In this document: piece by piece, positions 10,977-20,090 of the stretch
Numbering within the stretch: position 1 is the stretch's first letter
Layout of the letters: every line of letters starts with the position of its first letter
IMG/VR virus record: IMGVR_UViG_3300049012_000046
Span: 1 to 62,450 of that record
Length of the DNA: 62,450 nt
Source of the DNA: a virus
Lineage: Duplodnaviria; Caudoviricetes
Reading direction: 5' to 3' (one strand)
Translations under genes and position numbers: made by a program
Notes under the pieces: model-generated
What the model was told of the DNA's origin: nothing
What the model saw: the letters and a program-made list of their open reading frames with translations, nothing else
The model's database searches: none

Positions 10977-11324
10977 ATGTATCGCGATCACGACGAAGAC
11001 GACCCGCCCCCGCTGCCCCACCGGTGGGAGATCTGCAGCCGCTGCCGCGGCGAGGGCAAGCACTGCAACCCGGCGATCGACGGCAATGGCCTGACACGCG
11101 AGGACTTCGACGAGGACCCCGACTTCGCCGAGATGTACTTCAGCGGGGCGTACGACGTGCCTTGCCACGAGTGCGGCGGCCGCGGCAGCGTCAAGGTGCC
11201 CGACGTCAGCCAGATGACCTTCGCGCAGAAGCGCCAGTACGTGCTGCAGCTGCGCGGCGGGCGTGAGCGCGACGCGGCCTGGGAGAGCGAGCGCTATCTC
11301 CGGATGGCAGAAGGGTGGGAATGA
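10977..11324 (+). CDS. DnaJ-type zinc-finger-like protein
   Basis: CSRCRGEG and CHECGGRG (CxxCxGxG) repeats; RBS GAAGGGAG. Confidence 0.75.
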   Translation: MYRDHDEDDPPPLPHRWEICSRCRGEGKHCNPAIDGNGLTREDFDEDPDFAEMYFSGAYDVPCHECGGRGSVKVPDVSQMTFAQKRQYVLQLRGGRERDAAWESERYLRMAEGWE

Positions 11325-11352
11325 TCTAGGGGGACTGTCACATTTCCCCGAA

Positions 11353-11381
11353 TTGACCCTGGGCACGTGATCTGCTATTCC
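11353..11381 (+). promoter_or_regulatory. Putative sigma70 promoter
   Basis: TTGACC-17 nt-TATTCC with extended -10 TG, in an intergenic gap upstream of 11407. Confidence 0.55.
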
Positions 11382-11646
11382 TTGCAGCATTGGGTAAGGA
11401 GTCCGTATGCAGATTCATCGTGTCCTGGTCATCCACCCGCCCGAGCCGCAGTCAACCACCCAGGTGATCGGCACCCGGTTGGTGCTGTGCGACTCAGTCG
11501 AGTGCGCGATGGCGATCGTCAAGGGGCGCGAGCCCGACGGTTGCACCATCGCCTATGACCACGCCTACGGGCCAGGCGAAGTTATCAAGCATGCCCACAT
11601 GACGATGCCGCGGTCGGAGGCCGCGCAGTGGGCGCGAGAGGCCCCA

Positions 11647-11797
11647 CTCGTCGCTTGAGCTTGATCTAAGCGACGAGCCGTGAAGAAAGTCTGACTGACA
11701 ACTTTACCGAGTAGTTGAAAGGATGCTATCGTCTCGTGCAGAGACGAGGCGGAGCTACGACCACCCCACGCGGCGCAATGCCGCAACTTCAAAGGAG
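11647..11797 (+). promoter_or_regulatory. Regulatory intergenic region: hairpin, putative promoter, palindrome, start motif
   Basis: 10-bp stem 11647-11677; TTTACC-18-TATCGT (11703-11732) with TG; inverted repeat TCGTCTC-5-GAGACGA 11729-11747; hairpin + ACTTCAAAGGAG 11770-11797. Confidence 0.55.
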
Positions 11798-11803
11798 ACC
11801 ATC

Positions 11804-12103
11804 ATGGTCATCACGCATGTTGCTACCCGTGAACTCCATCGTGTCGGCGCCGACCTGACGCCGAACCAATTCCAGGCCCTGCAGGCCGCGCTGCGCGCCG
11901 CCGAGCGCTCCGGTACCACCCTGGCCCAGATCGCGGCCCACGACGCCGCCTTGGCCGACCTGCGCGTGCCCAAGCGCTGCGCGGCGCTGCTCGACCTTGC
12001 CAAGCGGGCGGTGTGGACGCGCCGCGATGCGCTGCGTCAGGAGGAGAAGGAGCTCGTGGCCAGCTTCGGCCGGCTGGATCTGCGGGCGAAGTTGGTGTCG
12101 TGA
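11804..12103 (+). CDS. Helical hypothetical protein
   Basis: Strong RBS motif; first gene after the putative promoter. Confidence 0.75.
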   Translation: MVITHVATRELHRVGADLTPNQFQALQAALRAAERSGTTLAQIAAHDAALADLRVPKRCAALLDLAKRAVWTRRDALRQEEKELVASFGRLDLRAKLVS

Positions 12104-12784
12104 TGAAAGTCGAAGTTACCAAGGAGCGCACCGTCCCCGCGGCGTGCGCGATCGCCATTCCGATCAAGTGGGGGATGACCTTCACGCTGACGGTGGACGC
12201 GCCCAACGTCGAGGCGCACCTGGCGCTGGAGGAGATCGCCCGCGCCTTCAATGATCGCAAGGCGCTGCGCGAGATGCTGCAGCAGGTCCTGGACCGCTGG
12301 GACCAGCCGCTGCGGCCGCTGAGTGCGGCCGATGTCAATTGCATCCAGGCGCTGCTCAACCAGACCAAGGAGATCGAGTGAAGTCCTGCTTCAACTGTGG
12401 CCGCAGCCAACTGAACCCGGGTCAGCCGGGCCTGCTGTGCACGGAACCGCGCGGCGCGGCCTGGCGCGACCACACCAACCCGGGCGTCTGCGCCTTGCCT
12501 GGCGCCCCCGACAGCCCGAGCATCGTTCGCATCAATGCGCTGCGCTGCGAGACGCTGGCCACGTACTGCAGCGTGTACATCGAGGAGAGCTGCGCGTGAA
12601 GACTCTCTACTTCGTCTCGAAGTACGACTTCAAGAACAACCTGTGGATCCGCTTTCTCGTGACGGCGCGCTGCCCCGAGCAGGCGAGCAAACAGGTGGCC
12701 GACTACTGCGAGGGCATCGACGGCCAGCTCAAGGCGCCGCTGATGGTGTGCAGCACGTCGCAAGACGTTTTCATGGAGGTCTGA

Positions 12785-13069
12785 ATGCCGGCAATCACAG
12801 CAGACATGGTGATGGCACTGTCCGCATGCACGGAGTGCCCGATGGTCGAGTGCAAGGCAGCACTTGTCGCTTGCGGCGGTGACATGCAGCGGGCGATCGA
12901 CTGGCTGCGCGCGCCGTCGCACATTCGTGAGCGGCGCCGGCAAGAAGCGCTCGAGGCGCGCGTTGATCGGCTGGAGGAGCTGGTCACGCAGCAGGCTGCC
13001 CTGCTGGCCAAGGTGCCGGCACTGATCGCCGAGATGGCCGGCGCTCCTCGCAAGCGGGAGGCGGAATGA
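12785..13069 (+). CDS. Protein with EF-Ts N-terminal UBA-like domain plus coiled coil
   Basis: ITADMVMALSACTECPMVECKAALVACGGDMQRAIDWLR parallels EF-Ts ITA..VKELR..TG..MMDCKKAL....GD...AI..LR. Confidence 0.75.
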   Translation: MPAITADMVMALSACTECPMVECKAALVACGGDMQRAIDWLRAPSHIRERRRQEALEARVDRLEELVTQQAALLAKVPALIAEMAGAPRKREAE

Positions 13070-13338
13070 CCAGCCCCGAGCGCAAGAAGGCGCAGGCCGA
13101 GGCCTACGAGAGCGGCTACCAGGCGTTTCGTGACGGCGCCCACTCTTCACACAACCCGTACGGCTGGGGCGACGGCTGCAGCAGCCGCTGGTTGGATGGC
13201 TGGGAGGCTGCGAGGCGTGAGCACGCGGCCTCCCAGGCACAGGAGAAGGAGGACGAGATCGACGCGCGCATCCGGCGCATCGTGCTGGAGGAGCTGGTGA
13301 AGCACCGGCTGATCGCAGTGCGGGAGTACGGCGAATGA
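13066..13338 (+). CDS. Rmf/CrpP-fold protein (ribosome modulation factor-like)
   Basis: AYESGYQA...G.....NPY.......WLDGWEAA matches Rmf A..RGYQAG..G.....CPY......WLGGW..A. Confidence 0.7.
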   Translation: MTSPERKKAQAEAYESGYQAFRDGAHSSHNPYGWGDGCSSRWLDGWEAARREHAASQAQEKEDEIDARIRRIVLEELVKHRLIAVREYGE

Positions 13339-13751
13339 GCCCCAATGACCACGCCCTCTACAAGGCGTTCCAGCGGATGTGCGATCGGTTCGCCGAGATC
13401 ATCGAGGAGCACCCCGAGCTGGCGACCGCAGAGCTCTCAGCGGAGGCCGACGAGCTGGATCGCCTCGCCGACATCTACGAGCGTGAGCACGCCGAGGACA
13501 TGTGGGTGGTCGTCTACAGCCCGGAGACCAACGAGGAGTACCTGCGCCGCACGGTGGGCGAGCACGAGCACCTCGACACGCTGGCCATTGCGCAGTCGAT
13601 CGCCGAAGAGTGCGACCAGCTGATCGCCGAGCCCAACGGCCACATCCCGAACTGCTGCGGCGACATCCGCGTCGAGTTCCGCCGCGACCCCGACAACTCG
13701 ACCCTCATCTGGTCGGGCGAGTCCTTCTATTTCAAGCGAGAGGACGAATGA
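13335..13751 (+). CDS. Acidic hypothetical protein
   Basis: ATGA-coupled; D/E-rich 138 aa. Confidence 0.75.
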   Translation: MSPNDHALYKAFQRMCDRFAEIIEEHPELATAELSAEADELDRLADIYEREHAEDMWVVVYSPETNEEYLRRTVGEHEHLDTLAIAQSIAEECDQLIAEPNGHIPNCCGDIRVEFRRDPDNSTLIWSGESFYFKREDE

Positions 13752-14003
13752 CATGAGCCTTGCCCTGACCAGCGGCACCGTTCGCAGCCTGAGCCCGCGC
13801 ACCAGGCTGAAGAAGCGGCATCTCGACGCGCTGCAAGCGGCCATCTCCGATGCTGAGGCCTGGCGCGGCTCGCTGATGGGGCACTACCCCGACGACGAGG
13901 AGAGCATCCTGGCCGAGCAGGAACGGCTTGCCAAGTTCGACGCACGCATCAAGGTGATGCGCGAAGCGTTGGCCTTGGTGCGCAAGATGAACAAGGAGAA
14001 GTG

Positions 14004-14321
14004 ATGGACTGGACCGAACGAAACCGCGAACAGACAGCCAATGACCGTCTCGACCAGCTCGCTCGCCACGAGCAACAGCTGATCGATCGCATCGCGGCGT
14101 TGGAGGCCAAGGTCGACAAGCGGCTTGTCGATGTGGGCGAGCGTGTGATGAAGGCCGACCAGCTGCTGATGCAGCGGATCGTGGAGCTCGAGGTGTGGAA
14201 GGAAGGGCAGGACCAGATCAATCAGCGCGTCGTGCACAACATGGAAGGCGCCATTGCGGCGCTGAAGGACCATCACCAGACGCTGGAGATGGTGCTGGAA
14301 GTCGTGAAGGTGAGGAGTTAG
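14004..14321 (+). CDS. Coiled-coil hypothetical protein
   Basis: Heptad pattern throughout; RBS AAGGAG. Confidence 0.75.
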   Translation: MDWTERNREQTANDRLDQLARHEQQLIDRIAALEAKVDKRLVDVGERVMKADQLLMQRIVELEVWKEGQDQINQRVVHNMEGAIAALKDHHQTLEMVLEVVKVRS

Positions 14322-14323
14322 CG

Positions 14324-14674
14324 ATGGATCAGATCAACATCAACGACCACAACAGCCAGGCTGCGCGGTTCCTGCGCGAGGCGCTCGAGGCCTGGCGCAA
14401 GAAGCAGCCGTACTACAGCATTCAGCCGTTCAACCCGTTCAACAAGGTGAACGTCACGCTGATGGCCAACGACATCGAGCTGCCGTTCACCGAGGTCGTG
14501 GAGACCATCTACGCGAGGATGCACGAGCATTTCGAGCGGCGGGTGCTGGTCGAGGCGCGCGAGCTGGTGGACAGGGCCCAGCTCGACAAGCTGCAGGAGA
14601 CGCTGTCGCAGGTGGATGAGACCATCAATGCGGCGCTGCACGCGCTCTGGGAGCAGAAGCAGCGCGGCCGATGA
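14324..14674 (+). CDS. Hypothetical protein
   Basis: RBS GAGGAG; 116 aa. Confidence 0.75.
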   Translation: MDQININDHNSQAARFLREALEAWRKKQPYYSIQPFNPFNKVNVTLMANDIELPFTEVVETIYARMHEHFERRVLVEARELVDRAQLDKLQETLSQVDETINAALHALWEQKQRGR

Positions 14675-14769
14675 GATGGACCCGCTTTCATTCCTTGCCG
14701 GCCTGGCCGTCGGCGTCGTCGTGACGCTGGCGGGCTACTGGCTGATCCACACGTTCTTCGGAGACTGAC

Positions 14770-14982
14770 ATGGCCGACTACACAGCATCCGTCTGGTTTG
14801 AGCGCGATCGCGCCATGGTCGCGCTGCTCGACAACGACAAGGAGGTCTTCTGTCTTTGGGATGACGACGTGTACGGGGCGATTCAGGACGGCTTCCTGCC
14901 CAAGCCGCGCCACCCGCGGCCGAGCGAGGCCGAGTGGCTGCCGTGCCTGATCGAGTATGCCAACTACTACGGACTGATCTGA
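14770..14982 (+). CDS. Conserved phage hypothetical protein
   Basis: WFERDR...WDDDV..AI.DGFL motif. Confidence 0.75.
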   Translation: MADYTASVWFERDRAMVALLDNDKEVFCLWDDDVYGAIQDGFLPKPRHPRPSEAEWLPCLIEYANYYGLI

Positions 14983-14983
14983 C

Positions 14984-15319
14984 ATGACCGAAGGCCAATA
15001 CCAAGAGCAGTACGGCATCGATCCGCCTGCGCCCGGCCAGCCATCTCCCAACGAGGAGATCTGGACGACTCGCGACGGCCGGAAGATCCCGGTCGGCGAG
15101 ATGGACGAGGACCACGTGCGCAATGCGCTGCGCATGTGCATCCGGGTGATGCGTAAGAACAAGGCCAAGCTGGCCGAGCTGAAGGCTGTGCTCAAGCCGC
15201 TGCTCGACGACTACCACGAGATGCGCAAGGAGCGCAGGTTGCGCATGGAGCAGCGCCTGGATCAGTTCCCCGACGATGACGTCTGGGGCGACAACGACAG
15301 CACACAAGGAGGTAAGTGA
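14984..15319 (+). CDS. Phage hypothetical protein
   Basis: WTTRDGRKIPVGEMDEDHVRNALRM motif. Confidence 0.75.
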   Translation: MTEGQYQEQYGIDPPAPGQPSPNEEIWTTRDGRKIPVGEMDEDHVRNALRMCIRVMRKNKAKLAELKAVLKPLLDDYHEMRKERRLRMEQRLDQFPDDDVWGDNDSTQGGK

Positions 15320-15524
15320 GGTGACGACAGCACACCTGCTGGCCGCCGCACTCGAGGAGTGCTTGCCGTACTTCGAGGGGGCGCAGAACCGGAGTCTCAA
15401 TGACTGGCGAGCAGCTGATGCCACCAGACGTGAGGCCGAGGCCGCTCTGTGCCGCGCAGCCCAGTATCGCGTCCTTCTTGCGCAGGCCCACAGCAACAAC
15501 GACAGCACACAAGGAGGTAAGTGA
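15291..15524 (+). repeat. 29-bp exact direct repeats (15291-15319 and 15496-15524) flanking ORF 15321-15524
   Basis: ACAACGACAGCACACAAGGAGGTAAGTGA occurs twice; both ORFs end NDSTQGGK*. Confidence 0.95.
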
Positions 15525-15773
15525 ATGGGACAAGCCAAGCAACGCGGCACCTTCGAGGAGCGCAGGAAGTTGGCGCTGGATCGTGCGGCCGCCGAGGCGC
15601 TGCGCAAGGCCGAGGCGGAGCTCGAGCGCGTGGAGCGTCAGCGCGCCTTCGAAGCGACCTTGCCCGCGCACGAGCAAGCGCTGCTCCGCGAGCACCGGCT
15701 GCGGGCGCAGGTGCGCATCGCGCAGCTGATGGGGTTGCCGTTGATGATGACCAAGGGAAAGGAGAGCCTGTGA
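15525..15773 (+). CDS. Helical phage protein (MGQAKQRGTFEER family)
   Basis: Recognisable N-terminal motif; RBS from the repeat. Confidence 0.75.
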   Translation: MGQAKQRGTFEERRKLALDRAAAEALRKAEAELERVERQRAFEATLPAHEQALLREHRLRAQVRIAQLMGLPLMMTKGKESL

Positions 15774-15984
15774 ACCGTACCTACCGCTGGGTGATCGAGC
15801 CCAACACCAAGTTCCCCACGACGCACATGCTGGAGGCCAGCTACAACCCGCTGTGCACGCACCGGCACGCAGTCAACTGCGACAGCTGCAGCATCCCGAA
15901 CGTCATCGCGCACGCCGTGGCGTTCGCCGCGAACTTCGGCGTGATGCGCATGGAGATCGACGGCCAGCTGCTGGAGTGCGTGAA

Positions 15985-16272
15985 GTGAGCGAGCTGCTGG
16001 GCTGTCCCTGGGACGGTGAGAAGCCGACCCTGGAGGTCCGCAAGGTGGGCCACCGTGATGAGCCGAGCACGTATGTCTACTACGAGTGCCCGAAGTGCGG
16101 GGCCACGCGAGGCACCTGCGTGGACTACGAAGGCGAGGAGCTGGCGCATGCCTTCATGTACGGCTACGGCTTCGCGAAGCCGCCTGGCTGGCCCAGCCTG
16201 GATTGGTGGCATGCAGCAATGCTGGCCATGGAGTCGACGGTGCGAGGGAAGTGGAACAGGAGGGCGTCGTGA
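15985..16272 (+). CDS. Lar-like (restriction alleviation) zinc-ribbon protein
   Basis: ELLGCPWDG...ECPKCGA...KWNRR follows the Lar pattern (L.PCPFCG...C..CGA...WNRR). Confidence 0.6.
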   Translation: MSELLGCPWDGEKPTLEVRKVGHRDEPSTYVYYECPKCGATRGTCVDYEGEELAHAFMYGYGFAKPPGWPSLDWWHAAMLAMESTVRGKWNRRAS

Positions 16273-17337
16273 AGCGAAGCATTAGCGATGACGACCTGTG
16301 CTCCGACTGCAAGCTGTGTCGCTATAACCCCGGCGGCATGAGCGAGTGCGAGTCGGACTGGCCAGGGCTGTTCGATGCGAACGGCTACTGCGTCGAGTGC
16401 GTGCACTTCATAGCTGTCGAGAAGCGGGGTGACAACTGGGAGTTGACCGATGAATGACGGTTCTTTCTACACCGGCCCGGATGGGCCCATCACGCTGGAG
16501 ATGATCGAGCATGCCAAGGCGGCGTTCGACGCCGCCTGCGGTCCCGAGCCCTTCGGCGAATACATGCGCAAGGCGGGCTTCCCGCCCGAGGACAACTGGG
16601 TCCTCTTCCTGCCGGCGTCGATGGTCGTCGACAAGACGTTGCTGCCTCGCTATGTGCAGGTGACGACGCTGTTCGAAGACCCGACCTTCATCATGTCACC
16701 CTTCCTGAGCAATGCCCTCGACCAACTCTACCGCTCCGAACGCTGAGCAGATCGCCGCCATCGAGCGCTTTGCAGATCTACGCGGCCGGCTGTGGAAGTC
16801 GGCTCTTCGCCACTACTGGGAGCGTGGCTTCCCGGTCTGGATGGGCGATGACGCAGCGCTGCTGCAGCAGCTGCGCAACACGTGCGGGCCGCGATGGCTG
16901 ATCAAGTATCGGAGACCGAAATGATCGACGACTACAAGGCCTACAACTACTGGAGAAAGGAGATGACGCACAAGGTGGTCGACCACAAACACGTCGAGCT
17001 CGGCTTGCTTGGCAAGCCGCACACGGTGTACTTCAAGAGCCTGGGGGCGGCAATGCACTACGCCAAGGCGCTGAGCAACGCGGGCCACGGCTTTCGGTAC
17101 CAGGTGTTTCCGTGCGGGGAGAGGGAATGATCGGCCTCATGTCTGTGAAGGACTACGCCAAGGCGTATCCCGATCATCACTGCCTGATCGTTCGGAACTT
17201 CGCCGGCTATGCCATCTGTGCGCAGCGCGGCGGCGTGCTCGAGCATTTCCCGTCGCGCTCCGATTGCATGGAGGTGCTGACGGCTGCCGGCTACGAGCTG
17301 CGCAACCGGCAGTGGGTTCAAAGGAAGGAGGATTGTC

Positions 17338-17580
17338 ATGCCCTGGGATCGTGAGTCCGACGAGGAGTACGACGACGGCTACACCCGCGAGAGCTTCGAG
17401 CGGGCCGAGGAAGACACGCCGGAGAACGCCGAGCCCTTGCCCGAGCGGTTCGTCGTCTGCGTGGGGATGTCCGCGCAGATGAAGATCTACGGGCCGTTCG
17501 ACTCGTATGACAGTGCCGATGAGTTCGCAGATCGGATCTGCTCCTCGGAGCCGGTGTGGGTGCAGCAGTTGGAGGATTGA
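17338..17580 (+). CDS. Highly acidic small protein
   Basis: 23 D/E vs 6 K/R in 80 aa (hand count); RBS GGAGG. Confidence 0.75.
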   Translation: MPWDRESDEEYDDGYTRESFERAEEDTPENAEPLPERFVVCVGMSAQMKIYGPFDSYDSADEFADRICSSEPVWVQQLED

Positions 17581-18018
17581 GATGACCAGCTACCAGAAGA
17601 TCACCAACTTCCTGCACGAGCACGGCCGGCGCCTGTCCGTCATCGACGGGCCCAACAAGTCGGAGCTCGAATTCTGGACGCTGGGCAAGCGCGTGCTGAT
17701 CCTGCAGCGCTTCGACGAGCAGTACGGCGGCTGGGAGCTCTTCACCAGCTCGCTCTACAACCGAGCCGACCTGGTCCTCGACCAGCTGCAGGGGCTGCTG
17801 CATGAGTGAGATCCGAATCGCACGCCCCTTCCACCACATCGTGGACGTCAACGGCAAGCGTCGGGCGTGCTTCAACGAGTACAACGGCGGCGCCGAGGCC
17901 GCGGAGAAGAACCGCAAGCCGGGCGAGCGCGTCGAGCCGCGTGCTTGCCCCTTTGCAGGCTGCCCTTGCAGCCCGGATGCGCACCCGCCGTGCGGACTTT
18001 GCTACGAATGAGAGCTCA

Positions 18019-18393
18019 ATGAAGCGAGTCGTCATCGACTACACGAACCATCGCGGCGAGCGCAGCAAGCGCGTGATCGAGCCGCTGGCCGAGCACTTTC
18101 ACTACGCCCGCAACGACTACCACACCGAGCCGCAGTGGCTGCTCGATGCGTTCGACGTGTGCAAGGGTGAGATGCGCACCTTCGCGGTGAAGGACATCCA
18201 CAGCTGGCAGCCGTTCGACAACGAGGTGCGCTACTCGGTGTGGCGTGGCGACGTTCAGGGCGGCGACTACGAGCTGGTGCTGTTCGAACACCTGACCATT
18301 CACGAGAAGGCGCAGACGGCTGCCGGCACGCTCAAGCCGACGCATGGCCGGCACGACTACCTGCTGCCCAAGCACATGCGGGCAAAAGCATGA
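18019..18393 (+). CDS. Stand-alone WYL-like domain protein
   Basis: IDYTNHRGERSKRVIEP...QWLLDAFDVCKGEMRTFAVKDI matches the WYL consensus (Y....G....R.V.P...WYL.A.D......R.F....I). Confidence 0.75.
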   Translation: MKRVVIDYTNHRGERSKRVIEPLAEHFHYARNDYHTEPQWLLDAFDVCKGEMRTFAVKDIHSWQPFDNEVRYSVWRGDVQGGDYELVLFEHLTIHEKAQTAAGTLKPTHGRHDYLLPKHMRAKA

Positions 18394-18411
18394 CCCGCAA
18401 GGAGTAGCGAG

Positions 18412-18741
18412 ATGCACCCCTTCTACAACTTCATCTCGTTCGACGACGCGGGCAACTGGGGCTGGGTGCCGGCGCCGGGCAAGTTCCGGCGCGACCCCTT
18501 CCTGGACGAGAAGGGGAACGCGCAGCTGCCGTCGGAGATCGGCTTCGAGATCCTGAGTACCGGCGAGCAGACGACGGCGTGGGAGCGCGTGTTCGACAAC
18601 GGGCGCGTGCTGATCACCAACCAGGCTGGCACGTCGCACGAGTACGGCCTGGTGGCGCGCATCACCTACCTCGGCCCGGACAACAGGGTCTGGGCCGAGT
18701 ACAACGCCGGCGCGGACGGCATCACGCCGCGCCGGAAGTAA
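18412..18741 (+). CDS. Hypothetical protein
   Basis: RBS AAGGAG; 109 aa. Confidence 0.75.
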   Translation: MHPFYNFISFDDAGNWGWVPAPGKFRRDPFLDEKGNAQLPSEIGFEILSTGEQTTAWERVFDNGRVLITNQAGTSHEYGLVARITYLGPDNRVWAEYNAGADGITPRRK

Positions 18742-19046
18742 CTTCAAAGGAGATTGAGTGAAGATTCTTTACACCGTGGTGCTGCTGCGGCCCAAGTACC
18801 TGTGCAGCGATGTCGAGTACGGCATCGACACGTACACCGCGCAGCTGGCGCTGGATCCCAGCAAGGCGTTCACGGACGACATCATCTGGGCGGCGCGCGA
18901 GGAGGCGTATCAGGCGGACCGGAAGGCGCATCGCAATGGGGACGTGCCACGCGGCCCCAAGCTGCGTGCGGACTACAAGGTCTGCATGATCTTCGAGGGG
19001 CATCCGAAGATTGTGTTGTTCGGGTGGCAGGCTTAAGGAGCAAACG

Positions 19047-19661
19047 ATGACCAACACCAACCCCACCACCGGCATCCGCTACGGCGTGATCGCCGGCAAC
19101 AGCCTGAATACGTACGTCCTGGACGACTTGTTCCACGGCGATGGAGCTGTCGACCTGAGCTGGCAGGACGCGATGGCGCAGCTCAAGAGCGAGATCAGTC
19201 TGGAGGCCGATGCGTTTGAGCAGGAGCTGGAGGAAGAGATCGAGGATCGGATCCGCAAGCAGATGGGCGGTGAGCCGGTGTTTGCGTTTCGCGAGGCCGT
19301 CGACGCTGAGTTCGAGAAGATCTGGGACAAGCACAAGGGCTACCCCGATCGCGACAGCTTCATCGACGGCGAGTTCGAGCGGCGCAGCCAGGACATCGAC
19401 ATCAGCGAGCCGACGATCGAAGGCGAGTACGACGGCGTCAAGTACCGCATCAGCTGGCTTGGCGGCGCGCCGCTGGTGTGGGTGCTCGAGGGGCCTACCG
19501 GCTACTGCCGCTCGCTGTGCTCGCCCTGCGTGCCGAATGCGGCGGACCTGGACAGCGGGTTCCAAGACGAGGCCGATCCGGCCGTGCAAGACGAGCGGGC
19601 CTATGACTGGTACTGCTACGTGGTGCCGGCCGACTGGCTGCCGAAGGAGGACGAGGAGTGA
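19047..19661 (+). CDS. Conserved acidic phage protein
   Basis: TGIRYGVI...CSPCVPNAADLD motifs; strongly acidic middle; RBS variant CTTAAGGAGCAAACGATG. Confidence 0.8.
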   Translation: MTNTNPTTGIRYGVIAGNSLNTYVLDDLFHGDGAVDLSWQDAMAQLKSEISLEADAFEQELEEEIEDRIRKQMGGEPVFAFREAVDAEFEKIWDKHKGYPDRDSFIDGEFERRSQDIDISEPTIEGEYDGVKYRISWLGGAPLVWVLEGPTGYCRSLCSPCVPNAADLDSGFQDEADPAVQDERAYDWYCYVVPADWLPKEDEE

Positions 19662-20090
19662 ATTCCGCGCATGAAGTGGACCGCTTGGCGCAGGCGTTCA
19701 TTGCGCACCTGCGCCACAACCTGAGCTTCGATGAGCTGCACCTCATCGACCAGGGTTACGAGGCACCGCCGGCGTTGATCTACGCGGCGTTCCTCGATAC
19801 GTTCAATCGCATGCCTGACCACGACGAGGACAGCATGCTGATTGGTGTGGCCTGGCAGACCGCCAGGCGGATGGGCTTCTTGCCCGTGCATTGAAGGAAG
19901 AGTGGATGAGCTGGTTTCACACGTTGTTCAACCGCCGCGTCGCGGACAAGCTGATCGAGCTGAAGGACGAAGCCGAACGGCATCACATCGATCACGAGAT
20001 CGCGGCACGCCACCACGCGGCCCTTGCCGAGATGTATGCCCGGCGCGTGGTGTGGGCGCAGGAGCAACTCAACTTCCGAGGAGAGACGAA

